Shown piece after piece: positions 31,387 to 39,583 of a DNA stretch of 45,835 nucleotides. Positions within the stretch are counted from its first letter, which is position 1. Each line of letters begins with the position of its first letter. Below the pieces are notes generated by a model. It was not told the origin of the DNA. It searched no databases and worked only from the letters and a program-made list of their open reading frames with translations. The position numbers and the translations under genes are program-made. The stretch is from Patescibacteria group bacterium (GTDB lineage: Bacteria; Patescibacteriota; Patescibacteriia; UBA9934; GWF2-40-263), in the NCBI GenBank assembly GCA_041661745.1, contig JBAZTR010000001.1, positions 252,471 through 298,305 on the forward strand, in the 5' to 3' direction.

Positions 31387-32496
31387 TTAACAACACTCAG
31401 CTCCTGACCGAAAATTTTTAGCAATCCTCTCCTGTCCCAAAACCACCATTTCTTCAGCCACGTCGGTTTTTAAAAGTTTGTTCAATTTGTCTCCCATAAC
31501 TACTCTTATTGGTGTTTCCTTTAGAAGATGCAAGATTTCTTTCAACAAAATTGTCGGAGTTGTCGCGGTTTGTTTTAAAACAACAGCTGTACCATCAATA
31601 ACCGCGGCGTTATCTTCCTGCGGCGAGTTGGGTAGCGGAATAACAATCGCCGCTTTTTTTGTGGCCGCCAATTCAGTGATTGTCGCCATGCCCGCTCGAC
31701 AAACCACCAGATCAGCCGCGGCAAAGGCCAAAGGCATTTCGTCAGTCAAAAGCTCAAAGGTTCGATAACCGTCAGATGTTTTTGCTTCAACTGTCTTCCC
31801 TTTCCCGGTTAAATGAATCAGGTTGGCCGAAAACAAAAGCTCATCGGTCAAGGCGGAAATATTCTGATTTAGCCAAAGCGAACCGGTTCCGCCGCCGATA
31901 GCCAAAACCGTTGGCTTATTTTCATTTAAACCAAAATGTTTTATGGCCTCAACTTTATTGGTGTGCAAAAAAGCCGAACGAACCGGATTGCCAACTAATT
32001 TACTTTTAGAAAAATCATCAACAAGCTTCGGCCAAGCCACGGTCACAAGCGAAGCAAACGGCGCGGTTAATTTATTTGATAAAAGTGGTCGAACATCTTG
32101 TTGGTGAACCAGCGAAGGAATTCTCAAAAACCAACCAATTATTACCAACGGAACCGAAGTGTAGCCGCCGGCCGAAACGATTAAAGCCGGCTTTTCTTTT
32201 TTTAAAATAATCCATGCGGCATACAGAGCGGCCGCCAAACGAAACGGTAAAAGCAACCAAGCCAAACTTGGATAACGCGGTAGTTTGGCTTCAGGCAGAC
32301 AATGGAACTCAATTCGCTCTTTGAACATCAGTTCTCGTTCTGGCCCATGTGGTGTGCCAACAAAAACAAATTCGGCCGAAGAATCTTTTCTTCGCCAAGC
32401 TTCAATAATCGCGAGCAGGGGTGTAACCGGTCCGAGTGTGCCCCCACCGCAAAACATTATTTTATGGCCAACGGGATGAGAGTGGTTGTGTTCCAT
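31387..32496 (-). CDS. murG: UDP-N-acetylglucosamine--N-acetylmuramyl-(pentapeptide) pyrophosphoryl-undecaprenol GlcNAc transferase MurG
   Basis: IMFCGGGTLGPVTPLLAI N-terminal G-loop, IGGGTGSLWLN, typical GT28 length. The start is uncertain because it overlaps the ftsW end by 35 nt. Confidence 0.85.
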   Translation of the reverse strand: MEHNHSHPVGHKIMFCGGGTLGPVTPLLAIIEAWRRKDSSAEFVFVGTPHGPERELMFKERIEFHCLPEAKLPRYPSLAWLLLPFRLAAALYAAWIILKKEKPALIVSAGGYTSVPLVIIGWFLRIPSLVHQQDVRPLLSNKLTAPFASLVTVAWPKLVDDFSKSKLVGNPVRSAFLHTNKVEAIKHFGLNENKPTVLAIGGGTGSLWLNQNISALTDELLFSANLIHLTGKGKTVEAKTSDGYRTFELLTDEMPLAFAAADLVVCRAGMATITELAATKKAAIVIPLPNSPQEDNAAVIDGTAVVLKQTATTPTILLKEILHLLKETPIRVVMGDKLNKLLKTDVAEEMVVLGQERIAKNFRSGAECC

Positions 32497-33601
32497 ATCG
32501 AGAAACGTTTAAAACAACCCCGATAGCCGCCAAGGAGATGGCCAAAGAGGTGCCGCCGTAACTTATAAAAGGCAAGGTAACGCCGGTCATAGGCAAAATA
32601 CCGACCATAGAACCAATATTAACAAAGGCTTGGAGGGTTAACCAGGTGGCAATGCCTATAACAACATATTTTCCAAAAGCGTCTGGAGAATTTTTAGCGA
32701 TCTTAATTGCCCGAGAAAAAAACCAAAAAAACAAAACAACCAAAAGGGCGGCAAAGACAAAACCCATTTCTTCAGCAATTACGGCAAAAATGGAATCACC
32801 GGAAACTTCCGGCAAATACTCAAACTTTTGTCGGGAGTGGCCGTAGCCAAGGCCAAAAAAACCGCCGGAACCGATTGCCAACAAAGCCTGGTTAATATGA
32901 TAGCCAACACCTTGCGGATCAAGTTCAGGATATAAAAAAGTGGTAAAACGCGCCGCTCGATACGGGGCCACGGCAATCAATAAACCAAAGGCAGCCAAAC
33001 CGCCTAAAAATAATACTCCAACGTGTGCGAGCGATGCTCCGGCCACAAAATAAACAACCACCGCGGTCGCGGCAATAATCGACAAGGTCCCGATATCCGG
33101 CTGTAAAATAATTAACAGTGCGACCGAACCGAGAATAAAAATAAAAGGAAGAAACCCGCCGTGAAAATCCTTAACACCGTAGGTGCCACGTTTTTCCAAC
33201 CAAGCCGCCAAATAAAACAAAAAAGTTAATTTGGCAATTTCCGCCGGCTGAATGGAAAAAAGACCGAAAATATTTAACCAGCTGTGCGAAGTTCCGAAAT
33301 CCGAACCAATGCCCGGAATAAAAACTAAAACCAAAAGTATCAACGTGACCCCAAGAAGCAGCGGGGCGTTTTTCTTCCAAAAAGTATAAGGAATACGGCT
33401 GGTGACATAAAGGCCAAACAATCCGGGAATCAAACCTAAAATCAACTGATGCTTAACATAAAATAAACTGTCACCGTTTTGCCTGGCGTACCCAAGCGGT
33501 CCGGAGGCCGAAGCCAACATGATAAAGCCAAATAACAAAAGAACGCCGACAATGATCAAAAATCGATAATCAATTGAATGCGCGTTCTTTGCCGTAAGCA
33601 T
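32462..33601 (-). CDS. ftsW: SEDS family peptidoglycan polymerase FtsW/RodA
   Basis: 10-TM profile, QPAEIAKL, LPEVSGDSIFAVIAEEMGF, LPFISYGGTSL. Confidence 0.85.
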   Translation of the reverse strand: MLTAKNAHSIDYRFLIIVGVLLLFGFIMLASASGPLGYARQNGDSLFYVKHQLILGLIPGLFGLYVTSRIPYTFWKKNAPLLLGVTLILLVLVFIPGIGSDFGTSHSWLNIFGLFSIQPAEIAKLTFLFYLAAWLEKRGTYGVKDFHGGFLPFIFILGSVALLIILQPDIGTLSIIAATAVVVYFVAGASLAHVGVLFLGGLAAFGLLIAVAPYRAARFTTFLYPELDPQGVGYHINQALLAIGSGGFFGLGYGHSRQKFEYLPEVSGDSIFAVIAEEMGFVFAALLVVLFFWFFSRAIKIAKNSPDAFGKYVVIGIATWLTLQAFVNIGSMVGILPMTGVTLPFISYGGTSLAISLAAIGVVLNVSRYGTQPLSSRWP

Positions 33602-33604
33602 ATT

Positions 33605-34660
33605 TTATTTTGCCAGAGCGTCGAGTAGAGCCAAAGAAATTCCCAGTGCCGAAGAAACAATAGAAATGACCCAAAAGCGCATGACAATTTTCGGTTCAGG
33701 CCAGCCATTGGCTTCCAAATGATGATGAATCGGCGTAGACAAAAATAATTTATGTTGGAAAACTTTGCGCCAAAAAAGTTGAATGATAACCGACAATGAT
33801 TCGATTACAAAAACCAATCCAATAATCGGCAACAACAAGGCTGAGTTGGTGAGCAATGCCACCAGTGCCAAAGTCACCCCCAAAGCCATGGAACCGGTGT
33901 CGCCCATAAAAAAGCGGGCTGGATTGATGTTAAACCACAAGAAGGCTAACAGCGCCCCAATAATTACCCCACAAAAAACAGCCAAATCGTATTTACCTTG
34001 AGCAAAAGAAATAATGGCAAAAGCACTGAACGAGGTAAGCAAGGTGCCGCCGGCCAAACCATCGAGACCATCGGTTTCATTAACGGAAAAGGCTGTAGCC
34101 ACCACCACAAAGACAAAAAACGGAAAATACCACCAACCAATGTTAAAGTCACCGACAAACGGTACGTGCAGCAAATCCCAATCAAGTTTAAAGGTAAACC
34201 ACAGAGCGCCGACAACAGCGATAGCTAAAAAAATCAAAAAGCGATGACGCATGCGCAAGCCACCGCCCTTTGGCCCAAGCCCGCGCACATTTAAATAATC
34301 ATCAAGCAAACCTACCAAAGCCGAAGCCATCAAAGCCCCAAGCGGTAAAAGCGTTTGGGCACGTGTTAAAAAACTGAATTGACCAATCCATGAATCCGGA
34401 AACGCTTGTGAAAAATACAGTAAACCAACAGCTAAAATAAACACGACTGCCCAAATCAAAACTCCGCCCATGGTGGGGGTGCCGGCTTTTTTGGCGTGAA
34501 GCATGGAGAAAATCGGCGTGTCACCGGCGTTTCTAATGCGTTTGCCTAATTTATATTTATATAAAACGTGCGTCCAAAAAGGCGTTAAAGCCACGGCCAG
34601 AATAAAGGCAACAGTTGTTAAGACAAGAATACGGACTAGTTCGAACGATTCAAGGGTCAT
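33605..34660 (-). CDS. mraY: Phospho-N-acetylmuramoyl-pentapeptide transferase MraY
   Basis: NETDGLDGLAGG, FMGDTGSMALG, HHHLE motifs. Confidence 0.9.
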   Translation of the reverse strand: MTLESFELVRILVLTTVAFILAVALTPFWTHVLYKYKLGKRIRNAGDTPIFSMLHAKKAGTPTMGGVLIWAVVFILAVGLLYFSQAFPDSWIGQFSFLTRAQTLLPLGALMASALVGLLDDYLNVRGLGPKGGGLRMRHRFLIFLAIAVVGALWFTFKLDWDLLHVPFVGDFNIGWWYFPFFVFVVVATAFSVNETDGLDGLAGGTLLTSFSAFAIISFAQGKYDLAVFCGVIIGALLAFLWFNINPARFFMGDTGSMALGVTLALVALLTNSALLLPIIGLVFVIESLSVIIQLFWRKVFQHKLFLSTPIHHHLEANGWPEPKIVMRFWVISIVSSALGISLALLDALAK

Positions 34661-35052
34661 AAATTTAATAAAGTAACAAAATACATAGCCGCCAAAAGCA
34701 TAAGCTGAACCAGCAAAGCCATGACAACTAAAAATATTGATAATGCTTTTTCTCTTCCAAAAAATCTAACGGAAAAAAAACTGTTTATAGCAATAACCAA
34801 CAACCCAAAAAGGGGCAGCTGAAAAATCATGTACCAGGGACCAAACTTATCAACCCCAAAAAAAATGTTGTAATGGAGGGGAATATATTGGCCACCCTCA
34901 GCCGTAGGCATTAAACGAAGAAACGGCGCAGCTAAAACCACCAACCAAACAATCCACGAAAAAATAAAACTAAGGCGAAAAACTTTTGAAGTCTGCCAGG
35001 TGGTTTTAAAGGATTCGATGTTAGTTCGGTGGAAATGAAAAAACTTCGACAT
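34657..35052 (-). CDS. Small membrane protein (131 aa, 3-4 TM), unknown function
   Basis: Hydrophobic ORF overlapping the mraY start by 4 nt. Confidence 0.55.
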   Translation of the reverse strand: MSKFFHFHRTNIESFKTTWQTSKVFRLSFIFSWIVWLVVLAAPFLRLMPTAEGGQYIPLHYNIFFGVDKFGPWYMIFQLPLFGLLVIAINSFFSVRFFGREKALSIFLVVMALLVQLMLLAAMYFVTLLNL

Positions 35053-35057
35053 AGCCT

Positions 35058-35288
35058 TTATTCAACGGCAATAATTTTAGTAATGCCGGGAATTTTTTGT
35101 TTTAGCAAATCTTCGACACGGGTCTTCAGAGTTATTGCAGCAAAGGGACAACCGTGACAGGCACCGATCAATTTAACTCTTACTTCCCCACTTGCTTCAT
35201 CAACCCCGATTAACTCAATTCCGCCGCCATCGTGCTCTAACATGGGGCGAATTTCCGTGGCCAAAATGTGTTCAACTTCTTCTTTCAT
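35058..35288 (-). CDS. NifU C-terminal domain (Nfu-like) Fe-S cluster protein
   Basis: IRPMLEHDGGGIELIGV...KLIGACHGCPFAAITLK (CxxC). Confidence 0.8.
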   Translation of the reverse strand: MKEEVEHILATEIRPMLEHDGGGIELIGVDEASGEVRVKLIGACHGCPFAAITLKTRVEDLLKQKIPGITKIIAVE

Positions 35289-35383
35289 AGGTGCTTTAAA
35301 TTATAGAGGAAAACAGTGTTTATGAAAAGATGAGATAAAAAATAGGTCCAAGTCACACTAAGCGCGACGAGGACCCGGTGGAC

Positions 35384-36334
35384 CTAGGCAGGAAGGACTG
35401 CCAGGATACGGAAAGCGAGATGGCCGACCCCGCCATCACTCCAGACCTTGTGAACAGCGGAAAGACCGCCTTCCTCAGAGTTACCAAAGACGAGACGGAA
35501 GCCGCGGTCGGAGTTGTTTTCACACCACTCCCAGTTCTTGATGGAACCGAGGTTGGGCAGGTTAGTGCCCAAGGCACGGTTGGCGAGGACGAAGAGGTTG
35601 CCACACCAGTTCATCTCCTCAACCGTGGGCAGACGAACAGTGTCGGAGGGTAGTCCCCAGACCTCGGCCAATTCTGTCAGCCGACCGTCGTGCAGGGTAC
35701 TCCAGTCCGTATTGGAGCAGCGCTGGAGATCAAGGAGCTTGGCCACCTTGTCGTCCGGGCCGTAGCTGACCAGGTCGTTCCAGTTGGGCTTGGGTCTTGT
35801 TTCGATCAGGATCCAGCAACCAAGCAAAGGGCGACGTTCGATCTCGCTAGGGTGTTTCAAGTTCTCGCCCCAGGCCGGGAAGATGTACTTGTCACCATGG
35901 CCGCTGCCGACCACCTGTTCGAGTTCTCCAGCCGGGCAGAAGACGGGGATGAGACCGAAGTCTACACAGGCTCGAGCTGTGGCCGAGGTGATGGTCGGAA
36001 ACTCCGGGAAACACATCTCCCAACCGTTGGCCTCGAGTGCATAGTTCCAGAAAGTCCGCGGGTTCAGGCCGCGGATAAGGAGCTCACCCTTGGCCGAAAG
36101 AGAGAGGAGCGGGATGGTTGGCACGGCCGTGAACGGGTCGGCGAGGAAGACTTCGAGGGCCTGGTGCGTCTCGTCCGGTGAGCCGTTGAGCCGCGCAGCG
36201 AGGCGTCTGACCAGAGGCCAGTTCTTTCCGAAGAACAGAGCCTGCACCACCTCACGAGAGAGGTGATTCGGGTCGTCGGCGGGAAGGTCCGCTCTTTCGA
36301 GCAGATCCCGGAACTGTCTGTGTGTCACGATCAT
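35384..36334 (-). CDS. Hypothetical protein of high-GC cassette 3 (316 aa; C-terminal part weakly FGE-sulfatase/DUF323-like)
   Basis: ATG at 36334 lies 5 nt after AGGAAGGAGA. GC-rich third positions. C-terminal motifs RLPTVEEMNW, GSIKNWEWC, GFRLVFG and LAFRI resemble RLPTEAEWEY / GNVWEW / RGGS / GFR of the FGE-sulfatase fold. No search was run. Confidence 0.6.
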   Translation of the reverse strand: MIVTHRQFRDLLERADLPADDPNHLSREVVQALFFGKNWPLVRRLAARLNGSPDETHQALEVFLADPFTAVPTIPLLSLSAKGELLIRGLNPRTFWNYALEANGWEMCFPEFPTITSATARACVDFGLIPVFCPAGELEQVVGSGHGDKYIFPAWGENLKHPSEIERRPLLGCWILIETRPKPNWNDLVSYGPDDKVAKLLDLQRCSNTDWSTLHDGRLTELAEVWGLPSDTVRLPTVEEMNWCGNLFVLANRALGTNLPNLGSIKNWEWCENNSDRGFRLVFGNSEEGGLSAVHKVWSDGGVGHLAFRILAVLPA

Positions 36335-36458
36335 GATGATCTCCTTCCTATCCGATTCACCCATCTTTACCCGATTGGCTATTATGGGATTCACGAATGG
36401 TCGGTGACTACGCAGGATACCGCCCGCGCGCGGTGTGCCCCACTTGAGGCAACGGTTT

Positions 36459-36487
36459 ATTATGAAGAAAAATAACAAAAAAGTCAA
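36459..36487 (-). promoter_or_regulatory. Promoter of cassette 3
   Basis: Minus strand has TTGACT (36487-36482), a 17-nt spacer and CATAAT (36464-36459). A GC-rich leader of about 120 nt follows. Confidence 0.55.
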
Positions 36488-36491
36488 GGAT

Positions 36492-36524
36492 AACAAAACC
36501 GCCCCGTTTAACGGAGCGGCTTTT
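36492..36524 (-). terminator. rpmA terminator, abutting the cassette 3 promoter
   Basis: Minus strand reads aaaagccgctccg-ttaaa-cggggcggttttgtt. Confidence 0.65.
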
Positions 36525-36535
36525 ATTATTGGGGA

Positions 36536-36817
36536 TTATTTACTCGGTTCAACACGAGCGTAGGTGCGGAGCTGTAAGACACCATGAAAATTTTTGGCGT
36601 GCTTTTTCATGAACTTAACAATGCCGTCAACCGCGGCGTACAAAGTATCATCCTTACCGCGGCGAACATTGGCACCCGGATGGATTTTGGTACCGCGTTG
36701 GCGAACAATAACCTGACCGGCGCGGGTCTTTTGACCATCGCCGATTTTGGTGCCTAAACGTTGTCCTTGGGAATCACGACCCAGCTGTGTAGAGCCGGCC
36801 GCCTTTTTATGAGCCAT
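36536..36817 (-). CDS. rpmA: 50S ribosomal protein L27
   Basis: [24 protein letters not shown]...[21 protein letters not shown] at 36817; the longer track ORF is an upstream extension. Confidence 0.9.
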   Translation of the reverse strand: MAHKKAAGSTQLGRDSQGQRLGTKIGDGQKTRAGQVIVRQRGTKIHPGANVRRGKDDTLYAAVDGIVKFMKKHAKNFHGVLQLRTYARVEPSK

Positions 36818-36874
36818 AAATATGATCTTTAAAAGCCACAAAATAGTAACTAATATCGGCCAAAGTGTCAAGAG

Positions 36875-38509
36875 CTAAAGACATGCCTTAATAAAGGCCT
36901 TAAATAATGGGTGTGGATGAAGCGGCCGAGATTTAAGCTCGGGGTGGAATTGTACCCCAACAAAAAATGGGTGTTTTTCCAATTCCACTATTTCTACCAA
37001 ATCAGCCTCCGGATTAACCCCGACAATTTTTAGACCAGCTTTATCAAGCATCTCGCGATAATCATTATTAAACTCATAACGATGACGGTGTCGTTCGCTA
37101 ACTTTTTCCTGACCATAGGCTTTAAAGACCTTGCTGTTTTTCTTAATCAAACAGTCATAGGCTCCCAAACGAAGTGTTCCACCAAAACGATTTTGTTTAA
37201 TATTTTCCGCCTGGCGAGGATTGATATGAATAATCGGGTCAACCGTATTTGGATCAATTTCAACCGTATTGGCTTTAGTCTTACATAAAACATCCCGAGC
37301 AAACTCAACACAGGCCAACTGCATGCCATAACACAGTCCTAGATAAGGGATTTTATTTTCTCTGGCAAATTTAATAGCCTTAATTATTCCGTCAATGCCG
37401 CGCGAGCCCCAACCGCCCGGGACAATCACCCCGTCAAAACGCAACAGTTTTTTTATTTCCTTGGGATCTTTTTCAAAAGTTTCAGAATCAACCCAGGTCA
37501 TTTCTGGTTGCCTGCCGTTTTCCCAAGAGGCGTGTTTAACAGCTTCGATTACAGAAATGTAAGAATCGGACAAAGTATAATTACCAGTACCAAAATATTT
37601 TCCGACCACCGCGATTTTTACCGGCTTAACTGCCTTGTGCATGCGCGACACAAAATTGTCCCAATCTTTGGTTTTTCCGGTCTTAAATTTTAACTTTAGA
37701 CGTTCGCCCAGCAGTTGACTAAAATTCTGATTTTCAAATAAAGCTGGGATCTCATAAATACTTTTAACATCAGGGGCCGATAATACATCTTCTTTGGAGC
37801 GCAACCAACAAAAGAAGGCCAGCTTTTCTCGACGCGGTTTATCTAGCTCATCGTGGCCGCGAGCAATAATAAAGTCCGGTTGAATACCACAATTGTTAAG
37901 CGCCCGAGCGGCGTGCTGAGTTGGTTTAGTTTTCATTTCTCCTAAATGGCTCGGCACCGGCAAGTAACTGACCAAAACAAAAGCTACATCATCGGGATTA
38001 GATAATTTCATCATGCGGGCCGCCTCCAAAAACAAAATATTTTCATATTCACCGACCGTGCCACCGATTTCAATAACCATAACATCCGCCTTGGCTTTAA
38101 CCGCCGCCGCTTTAATGCGCTCGATCACTTCCAGTGGAATATGCGGCACCACTTGCACACAACGCCCTTTATACTGCATTGATCGTTCTTTTTCGATGAC
38201 ACTCATGTAAACCCGTCCGGTTGTCATGTAATTAATGGAATAAATGTTGGTGTCCAAAAATCTTTCATAATTTCCGATGTCTTGGTCGGTTTCGTCACCA
38301 TCCTCTGTTACGAAAACCTCGCCATGTTCAACCGGATTCATAGTGCCAGCATCTAAGTTGATATAAGGATCAATTTTGATTGCCGAAACTTCCAGTCCAC
38401 GATTTTTCAAAATACGTCCAATTGAAGCGGCGGTAACTCCCTTACCGACCCCGCTCATAACTCCACCGATGACGAAAATATATTTTGTTTTTTGGCTTTT
38501 TTTGGGCAT
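36875..38509 (-). CDS. pyrG: CTP synthase
   Basis: KYIFVIGGVMSGVGKGV, synthetase domain plus GATase domain (GLCYGMQ, HRHRYE). Confidence 0.95.
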   Translation of the reverse strand: MPKKSQKTKYIFVIGGVMSGVGKGVTAASIGRILKNRGLEVSAIKIDPYINLDAGTMNPVEHGEVFVTEDGDETDQDIGNYERFLDTNIYSINYMTTGRVYMSVIEKERSMQYKGRCVQVVPHIPLEVIERIKAAAVKAKADVMVIEIGGTVGEYENILFLEAARMMKLSNPDDVAFVLVSYLPVPSHLGEMKTKPTQHAARALNNCGIQPDFIIARGHDELDKPRREKLAFFCWLRSKEDVLSAPDVKSIYEIPALFENQNFSQLLGERLKLKFKTGKTKDWDNFVSRMHKAVKPVKIAVVGKYFGTGNYTLSDSYISVIEAVKHASWENGRQPEMTWVDSETFEKDPKEIKKLLRFDGVIVPGGWGSRGIDGIIKAIKFARENKIPYLGLCYGMQLACVEFARDVLCKTKANTVEIDPNTVDPIIHINPRQAENIKQNRFGGTLRLGAYDCLIKKNSKVFKAYGQEKVSERHRHRYEFNNDYREMLDKAGLKIVGVNPEADLVEIVELEKHPFFVGVQFHPELKSRPLHPHPLFKAFIKACL

Positions 38510-38552
38510 ACCAAATTTAATTTAAAAACCGGAGACGTGTCTCCGGAGGTTA

Positions 38553-38996
38553 TTACTTAGGTTCAACGCGGACGTTAATTTTGGCTTCAAAACCGTGTGG
38601 CAAGTTGATGGTGACTTCAAAGGCGCCGGTTTCCTTTATTGGCGCAGCGAATTCAACCCACTCCGGATCGATTTTATGGCCAGTTGCTTTAATTGCTTCG
38701 GCAATATCTTTTCCAGACACCGCTGCATAAAGTTTTCCGGTTTCGTTAACCTTGGCGGTCATATCAACCTCCAGATCATCAAGGGCACTGGCCAAACGAC
38801 CGGCCTCTTTCATGCTCTTCTTTTCTTCCTTTTCTTTTTTTTGTTTTTTAGTTTTGGCCAAAATCATGGCTTGCGTGGTGGCCTGGACAGCCAAATTTTG
38901 CGGAAACAAAAAATTACGGGCATAACCATCGGGAACTTCAATCGTTTCTCCCTCCTTACCGTAGGACGTAATATCTTTTAACAAAACAACTTTCAT
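38553..38996 (-). CDS. rplI: 50S ribosomal protein L9
   Basis: MKVVLLKDI...[25 protein letters not shown]. Confidence 0.9.
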   Translation of the reverse strand: MKVVLLKDITSYGKEGETIEVPDGYARNFLFPQNLAVQATTQAMILAKTKKQKKEKEEKKSMKEAGRLASALDDLEVDMTAKVNETGKLYAAVSGKDIAEAIKATGHKIDPEWVEFAAPIKETGAFEVTINLPHGFEAKINVRVEPK

Positions 38997-39005
38997 ATTA
39001 TTTTT

Positions 39006-39126
39006 AAAGCCCTCTCCCCAACCCTCCCCCGTATGCGGCCATACGAGGGAGGGAGAAATAAAATTCTACAAATAATTCTTCCTCCCTCATCGCCACGATG
39101 GGGGAGGATAAGAGGAGAGGGTTTTT
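39006..39126. repeat. Nested GC-rich palindrome (outer stem plus two internal hairpins) between the NUDIX gene and rplI
   Basis: Outer stem aaagccctctcc / ggagagggtttt. Hairpin 1 is ccctcccccgtatg-cggc-catacgagggaggg (14-bp stem, 1 mismatch). Hairpin 2 is ttcctccctcatcg-cca-cgatgggggaggataa. It overlaps the last codons of the NUDIX ORF. Confidence 0.8.
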
Positions 39127-39566
39127 AAGGCTTGATTAACTATTGAAACAAGATCTTTATAATCAGAACTCTTGACCAATTGGCTGGCCGGTACCCACGC
39201 CGCTTCCAACAAATGTTCAGAGACTTGCGGATCAAGTTTGGCATTAATCGGCGCAGAAAACAAGAAGAAATAAATGTCTTTATGAATCAGGGCATTTTTT
39301 TTAACATGCTGATCACGAAACCAAATGTCAATTTTTCCCAATGGTTCAAGCAAACGAATTTCCTCCAGTCCTAATTCTTCCAAAGTTTCCCGAGCTGCCG
39401 CTTCTTCATTAGTCTCGCCACTTTCCACGTGACCTTTGGGAAAGGTCCATTTACCGTACGGATCCTTAATCATGGCAAAAACCATTTCCCGTCCGGCTCG
39501 TTTGAAAACCAAACCCCCGGCCGAAACCTCGTGTTGTGCTTTTTGGTTTTGGTTTTCTTTTATCAT
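39087..39566 (-). CDS. NUDIX hydrolase
   Basis: Nudix box GHVESGETNEEAAARETLEELGL. The C-terminal ~12 codons lie inside the palindromic element. Confidence 0.85.
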   Translation of the reverse strand: MIKENQNQKAQHEVSAGGLVFKRAGREMVFAMIKDPYGKWTFPKGHVESGETNEEAAARETLEELGLEEIRLLEPLGKIDIWFRDQHVKKNALIHKDIYFFLFSAPINAKLDPQVSEHLLEAAWVPASQLVKSSDYKDLVSIVNQALKTLSSYPPPSWR

Positions 39567-39583
39567 AAATGCCTTAAAGCCCT

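Noticed and set aside
31185-31424. 79-aa minus-strand ORF from the track.
   Set aside because: It is antisense to the promoter/terminator-bracketed zinc-ribbon ORF and reads through the bidirectional terminator hairpin. It has hydrophobic low-complexity translation and overlaps the murG 3' end.
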